From Nitrospirota bacterium (GTDB lineage: Bacteria; Nitrospirota; UBA9217): DNA of 64,000 nucleotides. The position numbers were made by a program, and so were the translations under genes. The DNA is taken from assembly GCA_037444505.1 (NCBI GenBank), contig JBBIMH010000016.1, forward strand, positions 22,015 through 86,014, read 5' to 3'. This document shows, in pieces, positions 59,411-64,000 of the stretch (position 1 is the stretch's first letter; each line of letters starts with the position of its first letter). The notes beneath the pieces were generated by a model that did not search any database, was not told the DNA's origin, and saw only the letters and a program-made list of their open reading frames with translations.

Positions 59411-61180
59411 ATGAGATGGGTGCTCGCAGAAACCGATCAAACCGCCGCACGCAGGCTTGCAGACGAGGCCGGCCTGCATCCACTGATCGCGGCCTTGTTG
59501 GTAAACCGCGGCATATTAGAGCACGAGACAGCGGCATCCTTTCTCGCCTGCGACCTTGCCGGTCTTTCCGAACCGTGGATATTCTCTCATATGGAATCTG
59601 CGGTCAGCCGCATCCATAGGGCTGTGAAGGCTGGGGAGAAAATCGTCGTATATGGAGACTATGATGCAGACGGTGTGACCGCCGCAGCCGTGCTGTATCT
59701 CGTCCTCAAGGAATTGGGTGCCGATGCCGATTACTACATCCCTGACAGACTCTCTGAGGGCTATGGGCTCAATCTATCCGCGCTGGACTCTATAAAAAAA
59801 TCAGGGGCAGGCCTCGTCGTCACCGTGGATTGCGGTATATCAGCATTCGCAGAAGCTGAACATGCCGCTTCTATTGGACTCGACCTCGTCATTACAGACC
59901 ACCATCAGATAGTATCCTCTTGTCCAGCGTCTTCAAACGAGAAAACTCCGGACGAAAACCGCAGGGCATATGCGCTTCCATCGGCTCATGCAATACTGCA
60001 CCCTTTGCTCTTGAATGAGGGCGTAAACCAGATTGTCCGCGACAGGGTAGCTGTGCTGACCGGGGTGGGAGTCGCATTCAAGCTCGCCCAGGCATTGCTC
60101 GATGCGGATGCCGGGGATCCCAGGCTCATGAAATACCTGGACCTTGTGGCCGTAGGTACTGTGGCGGATGTGGGCAGCATCACCGGTGAGAACAGGATAC
60201 TCGTGAAGCACGGCCTCGATATTCTCTCTTCGGTGGATTTGAGACCCGGGCTTGCGGCTCTCAAGCAGGAAGCGGGCATAGACGGCAGACCTGTCGGCGT
60301 CGGGATGGTCGGTTTTTCGCTCGGGCCGAGGCTGAATGCGAGCGGAAGGCTCGAGAATGCGTATGCTGCACTCAGGCTTCTTACGACCCTGTCCCAGGAA
60401 GAGGCCGTTGCGCTGGCGAAACAGCTCGATTCGCTCAACCGCGAGAGGCAATCTGTGGAAGACGCCATCCGTGAAGAGGCGAGGGCGAAGTGCATCGACT
60501 ATGACATGGAAAGGACTGGCGCATTTGTGCTGGATTCGCCGGACTGGCATCCCGGGGTGGTGGGTATCGTTGCCTCCAGGATAGCGGATGAATTCTACAG
60601 GCCGGCTGCACTCATCGCCGTGCGAGACGGGGTCGGCAAGGGTTCTGCGAGGAGCATTCCCGGATTCGACCTCTATGCCGGGCTTTTGGAATGCAGGGAC
60701 ATCCTCCTAAACTTCGGAGGGCATACATATGCAGCAGGCTTTGCGGTGCAGGAAAAAAAGATACCCGAGCTGCGCACGAGGCTGAACGACATCGCGCTCG
60801 AACGCCTGGGGAAAACAGGATTCATGAAAACGCTTTTCATAGATTGTGCTGTAAATCTCTCGGATATCACAACAGACCTCGTGAGAGATATCGAGCGGCT
60901 CGCGCCGTTCGGCCAGGGCAATCCGGAGCCCAGGCTAGGCGCAAGGGGGCTCGATGTAATTGATGCGAGGGTTGTCGGGAACAATCATCTGCGGCTCAGA
61001 CTGGGCTCTTCGGACTCTGCGACCCTGACCGCCATAGGCTTCGGCAAGGCAGGGCTTCTCGGGAAGAGACTCAGGATCGGCTCCAAGATAGCGGCGGTAT
61101 TCACCCCGAGGGTCAAGACATGGAATGGTCTCACGTCTGTTGAGCTCGAAATAAGGGATATAAAGACCGAAAAGTGGTAA
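59411..61180 (+). CDS. recJ: Single-stranded-DNA-specific exonuclease RecJ
   Basis: DHH motifs (VYGDYDADGVTA, DRLSEGYG, VVTVDCG, ITDHH) and the DHHA1 block GGH.YAAG. Confidence 0.95.
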   Translation: MRWVLAETDQTAARRLADEAGLHPLIAALLVNRGILEHETAASFLACDLAGLSEPWIFSHMESAVSRIHRAVKAGEKIVVYGDYDADGVTAAAVLYLVLKELGADADYYIPDRLSEGYGLNLSALDSIKKSGAGLVVTVDCGISAFAEAEHAASIGLDLVITDHHQIVSSCPASSNEKTPDENRRAYALPSAHAILHPLLLNEGVNQIVRDRVAVLTGVGVAFKLAQALLDADAGDPRLMKYLDLVAVGTVADVGSITGENRILVKHGLDILSSVDLRPGLAALKQEAGIDGRPVGVGMVGFSLGPRLNASGRLENAYAALRLLTTLSQEEAVALAKQLDSLNRERQSVEDAIREEARAKCIDYDMERTGAFVLDSPDWHPGVVGIVASRIADEFYRPAALIAVRDGVGKGSARSIPGFDLYAGLLECRDILLNFGGHTYAAGFAVQEKKIPELRTRLNDIALERLGKTGFMKTLFIDCAVNLSDITTDLVRDIERLAPFGQGNPEPRLGARGLDVIDARVVGNNHLRLRLGSSDSATLTAIGFGKAGLLGKRLRIGSKIAAVFTPRVKTWNGLTSVELEIRDIKTEKW

Positions 61181-61199
61181 AATCTATATATTCGAATCT

Positions 61200-63353
61200 A
61201 TGCCGACTGTCCGCTTCGAAGATATAGTCGAAAGATTGCATAAACCCCACTCCGACATGGACGTGGACCTGGTGAGGCGTGCGTATATCTTTTCCGCAAA
61301 GGCCCACCAGGGCCAGACACGCCTTTCAGGCGAGGCATACCTCACCCATCCACTCGAGGTGGCCGCCATCCTCGCCGACCTTAAACTGGATGCAGCCACG
61401 GTAGCAGCAGGCATTCTGCATGATACGCTCGAAGATACGCCCACTACGCGGGAGGAGATTGCAACCCTCTTCGGAGAAGATGTGGCCATGCTCGTCGACG
61501 GCATGACCAAGCTCTCTCGGATGGAGCTCAAGAGCCGAGAGGAGCGCGAGGCGGAGAATTTCCGCAAGATGATGGTCGCCATGGCTAACGACATCAGGGT
61601 GATCCTCATCAAGCTTGCGGACAGGCTGCATAACATGATGACCCTCAAGTTCCTTCCTCCAGACAAACAGCGCCACATTGCGCAGGAGACGCTCGATATA
61701 TACGCGCCCCTCGCCAACCGCCTTGGCATCGCCAAGATAAAGACGGAGCTCGAGGACCTGGCCTTCATGTATCTGCATCCGGATGCATATCAGGACATCG
61801 CCAGGCGCGTCGCCCAAAGGCGAGTGGAGCGCCAGAGCTATATAAACGAACTGATAGAGATCGTAAAAGGTCGGCTTGCAGAGCATGGATTCAAGGGAGA
61901 GGTCACAGGCAGGCCCAAGCACTTCTATGGCATATGGCAGAAGATGCAGAAACAGGGCATATCGTTCGATGACGTCTACGACATCATAGCCATACGTATC
62001 ATCACCGATACGAAAGTGAACTGCTATGCGATCCTCGGACTCATCCACTCGCTCTGGACCCCTGTGCCCGGCAGGTTCAAGGATTTCATAGGCGTGCCCA
62101 AGTCCAACCTCTATCAGTCCCTGCACACGACTGTAATAGGCCCCAAGGGGCAACGTGTGGAGTTCCAGATCCGCACGGAAGAGATGCACAGGGTCGCGGA
62201 AGAAGGTATTGCCGCCCACTGGAGATACAAGGAGCGCTCGCAGCTTTCTCATAAAGACGAACAGCAGTTCGCCTGGCTCAGGCAGCTACTCGAGTGGCAG
62301 AGGGATCTGCCTGACGCCAAGGAGTTCATGGAGACAGTCAAGGGCGACCTCTTTCCCGACGTTGTGTATGTCTTCACGCCCCGCGGGGATGTGAAGGAGC
62401 TGCCCACAGGCTCCACGCCGGTCGACTTCGCCTACAGCATACACACTGACATCGGACATCAATGCGTCGGAGCGAAGGTGAACGGAAAGATAGTGCCGCT
62501 CAAATATCAGCTCCAGAACGGTGACAGGGTGGAGGTCATTATCCAGCCGGGCCATACGCCGAGCAGGGATTGGCTTAAGTTCGTGAAGACATCCAAGGCC
62601 AGGACGAGGATAAAGGCATGGCTCAAGGCAGAGGAGAGGAGGCGCAGCATACTCTTGGGCAGAGAGTTGCTCGAGAAGGACCTCAGGAAACACGACATAA
62701 ACCCTGCAAAGGTATTCAAGTCGGATGACCTCGTCAAGATTGCACAGGAGATGTCTCACAACACGGTCGACGACCTTCTTGCTGCTATCGGATATGGCAA
62801 GGTATCCGCTCATCACATAGCCAACAAGTTCGCACCGGAGCGGGCGCATTTCGAGCAGATACCCAAGAAGGCGCAGAGTAAACAGGAAACGGTCCATTCC
62901 GCTGCGGGCGGCGTCAAGATAAGCGGCATGGACAACATGCTCATACACCTTTCCAAATGCTGCAATCCCGTCCCGGGCGACAAGGTCGTGGGGTTCATTA
63001 CACGCGGGAGAGGTGTGTCCATACACACAGCAGACTGCCCGAATGTGGCGGAGCTCTCTTTCGATAAGGAGAGGCTGGTGGAGGTCTCGTGGTCGGATAC
63101 CGCCGTCGCCTCACATCCGGTGAAGATCATGGTCCGCACCGTCGACAAGCCCGGCATGCTCGGAAGCGTTTCTTCGGCGATCAGCGCGAATGATGCGAAC
63201 ATAACGCATGCAGAGGCGATCACCGGCGACGATCGTCAGGCGATCTTGAACTTCACCATAGACATAAAAGACGTTAATCACCTGAACCGCATTATCAAGA
63301 GCATCCAGTCCCAGAGTGGTGTGCTCGAGATAAGAAGGGTCAAGATGGGATAA
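61200..63353 (+). CDS. relA: Bifunctional (p)ppGpp synthetase/hydrolase (RelA/SpoT homologue)
   Basis: HD hydrolase domain (HPLEVA...LHDTLEDT), synthetase block (RPKHFYGIWQKM...YQSLHT), TGS domain and a C-terminal ACT domain. Confidence 0.95.
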   Translation: MPTVRFEDIVERLHKPHSDMDVDLVRRAYIFSAKAHQGQTRLSGEAYLTHPLEVAAILADLKLDAATVAAGILHDTLEDTPTTREEIATLFGEDVAMLVDGMTKLSRMELKSREEREAENFRKMMVAMANDIRVILIKLADRLHNMMTLKFLPPDKQRHIAQETLDIYAPLANRLGIAKIKTELEDLAFMYLHPDAYQDIARRVAQRRVERQSYINELIEIVKGRLAEHGFKGEVTGRPKHFYGIWQKMQKQGISFDDVYDIIAIRIITDTKVNCYAILGLIHSLWTPVPGRFKDFIGVPKSNLYQSLHTTVIGPKGQRVEFQIRTEEMHRVAEEGIAAHWRYKERSQLSHKDEQQFAWLRQLLEWQRDLPDAKEFMETVKGDLFPDVVYVFTPRGDVKELPTGSTPVDFAYSIHTDIGHQCVGAKVNGKIVPLKYQLQNGDRVEVIIQPGHTPSRDWLKFVKTSKARTRIKAWLKAEERRRSILLGRELLEKDLRKHDINPAKVFKSDDLVKIAQEMSHNTVDDLLAAIGYGKVSAHHIANKFAPERAHFEQIPKKAQSKQETVHSAAGGVKISGMDNMLIHLSKCCNPVPGDKVVGFITRGRGVSIHTADCPNVAELSFDKERLVEVSWSDTAVASHPVKIMVRTVDKPGMLGSVSSAISANDANITHAEAITGDDRQAILNFTIDIKDVNHLNRIIKSIQSQSGVLEIRRVKMG

Positions 63354-63756
63354 AAACGATCGGCAACGAGCAGGCAGTAGACGGCGGAGAGCGGACGACA
63401 TGGAGAAGGACAGAAGGGAACGAGTTCTCCGGGCAGGTGCGCACCAGATCCTCTGGGCGTTGATGCTCGTCTAGCTCATGCTGCACGGTATCGCTTTTTT
63501 GTTCGGACGCGAGGTTGGATACGAGATCTCCTTCATGGTGTGTTCGGGGCTTGCTGGGCTGGTGACCGAGACATTTGGGGCGGTTTATCTTTTTGACCGA
63601 ATCAGCGCATCGTTGGGTTGCCGGGTATCGCGGCTTATTGAACGCCGGAAGCAGACGAAGGAGAGGCGGTAATGTCAAAGGTTTCATGAAAAAATGAAAC
63701 CACATGGCTCTGTGATCGGTTATTGAAAATACGGGCGATGCGGAAAGGAGTGCTTC

Positions 63757-64000
63757 ATGAAGAAGGTCGTTAAAACTTCCGATGCGCCGAAGGCGGTCGG
63801 GCCGTATTCGCAGGCCGTAGAAGCAGGAGGGTTTGTATTCGTTTCCGGCCAGATACCGCTCGAGCCGAAGACAGGAAATATCGTTCATGCCGGCATTCGG
63901 GAGCAGACCTGGCGGGTGCTCGAGAATGCAAAGGCGGTACTTGCCGCAGCAGGCTGCGGCATGGATGATGTGGTGAAGGTCACGATATTTCTGAAAGACA
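63757..64000 (+). CDS. ridA: RidA-family (YjgF/TdcF) reactive-intermediate deaminase, N-terminal 81 codons; runs off the window
   Basis: Absent from the ORF track. AAAGGAG RBS, then MKKVVKTSDAPKAVGPYSQAVEAGGFVFVSGQIPLEPKTG..., the canonical RidA N-terminus. Confidence 0.85.
   Translation, partial: MKKVVKTSDAPKAVGPYSQAVEAGGFVFVSGQIPLEPKTGNIVHAGIREQTWRVLENAKAVLAAAGCGMDDVVKVTIFLKD

Noticed and set aside
63620-63665. An SRP (4.5S) RNA-like string, CCGGAAGCAGAC.
   Set aside because: It lacks the conserved GGAAGGAAGCAGC domain IV sequence and the complementary 3' strand. No long hairpin can be drawn.
63340-63888. A 182-aa minus-strand ORF overlapping the relA end and the ridA start.
   Set aside because: It is antisense to the clearly recognisable RidA N-terminus and its RBS, and has no motifs.
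1-64000. A search by eye for CRISPR arrays, rRNA or tRNA genes, transposases or integrases, and long (>100 bp) exact repeats.
   Set aside because: None were seen. The only repeats are the short intergenic elements reported above. A proper scan with tRNAscan-SE, Infernal and minced is still advisable.

Overview
This is a 64-kb chromosomal segment of roughly 55-57% GC by eye, with AGG/AGA/ATA-rich codon usage. It comes from a diderm bacterium that is probably anaerobic. A Nitrospirota/Thermodesulfovibrionia-like or Desulfobacterota-like lineage is my inference from gene content only (futalosine-pathway MqnA, fused CobA/HemD, a split-Soret-like Tat cytochrome). All homology calls rest on motifs I recognise in the translations; no database search was possible.

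The window is densely coding and mostly plus strand. In order it contains:
- der (partial, minus strand, absent from the ORF track), a DUF4124 protein, leuS-lptE-holA, rpsT, rluB, acyP, a lipoprotein and an alpha/beta hydrolase.
- A complete 13-gene nuoA-N complex I operon with fused nuoCD, immediately followed by a Tat-exported DUF362 protein and a NapH-like membrane polyferredoxin.
- An MltD-like lytic transglycosylase, a VKOR-thioredoxin fusion and a ccsA/hemX-like gene.
- hemA, hemC, cobA/hemD, a hesB-like gene and hemB.
- An SPFH protein, queD, a pmbA/tldD-family gene and hflX (minus strand).
- A tetR-tolC-RND operon with no adaptor gene, mqnA and a CDF transporter.
- A compact lipid cluster: an SDR/epimerase, a serine-palmitoyltransferase-like alpha-oxoamine synthase, a GNAT, a CTP-dependent lipid-kinase-family protein and a convergent PAP2/IPC-synthase-like transferase.
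- An SRPBCC-macA-macB-ftsX-type exporter operon.
- A Tat-signal C_GCAxxG-like protein with a CXXCH motif, preceded by a structured leader.
- A small AT-rich islet with a decayed DUF4258/DUF2283 pair.
- mobA, tatA, recJ, relA/spoT and ridA (partial).

I found no rRNA, tRNA, CRISPR array, transposase or integrase.

The most interesting items are:
1. The candidate bacterial ceramide/phosphosphingolipid-type operon at about 48.3-53.1 kb.
2. The DUF362/polyferredoxin module appended to nuo.
3. A roughly 136-nt structured RNA upstream of the Tat cytochrome-like gene.
4. A conserved 45-65-nt hairpin-containing intergenic repeat, one copy of which lies inside the nuo operon.
5. A 570-bp non-coding gap between rpsT and rluB with a duplicated promoter-like module.
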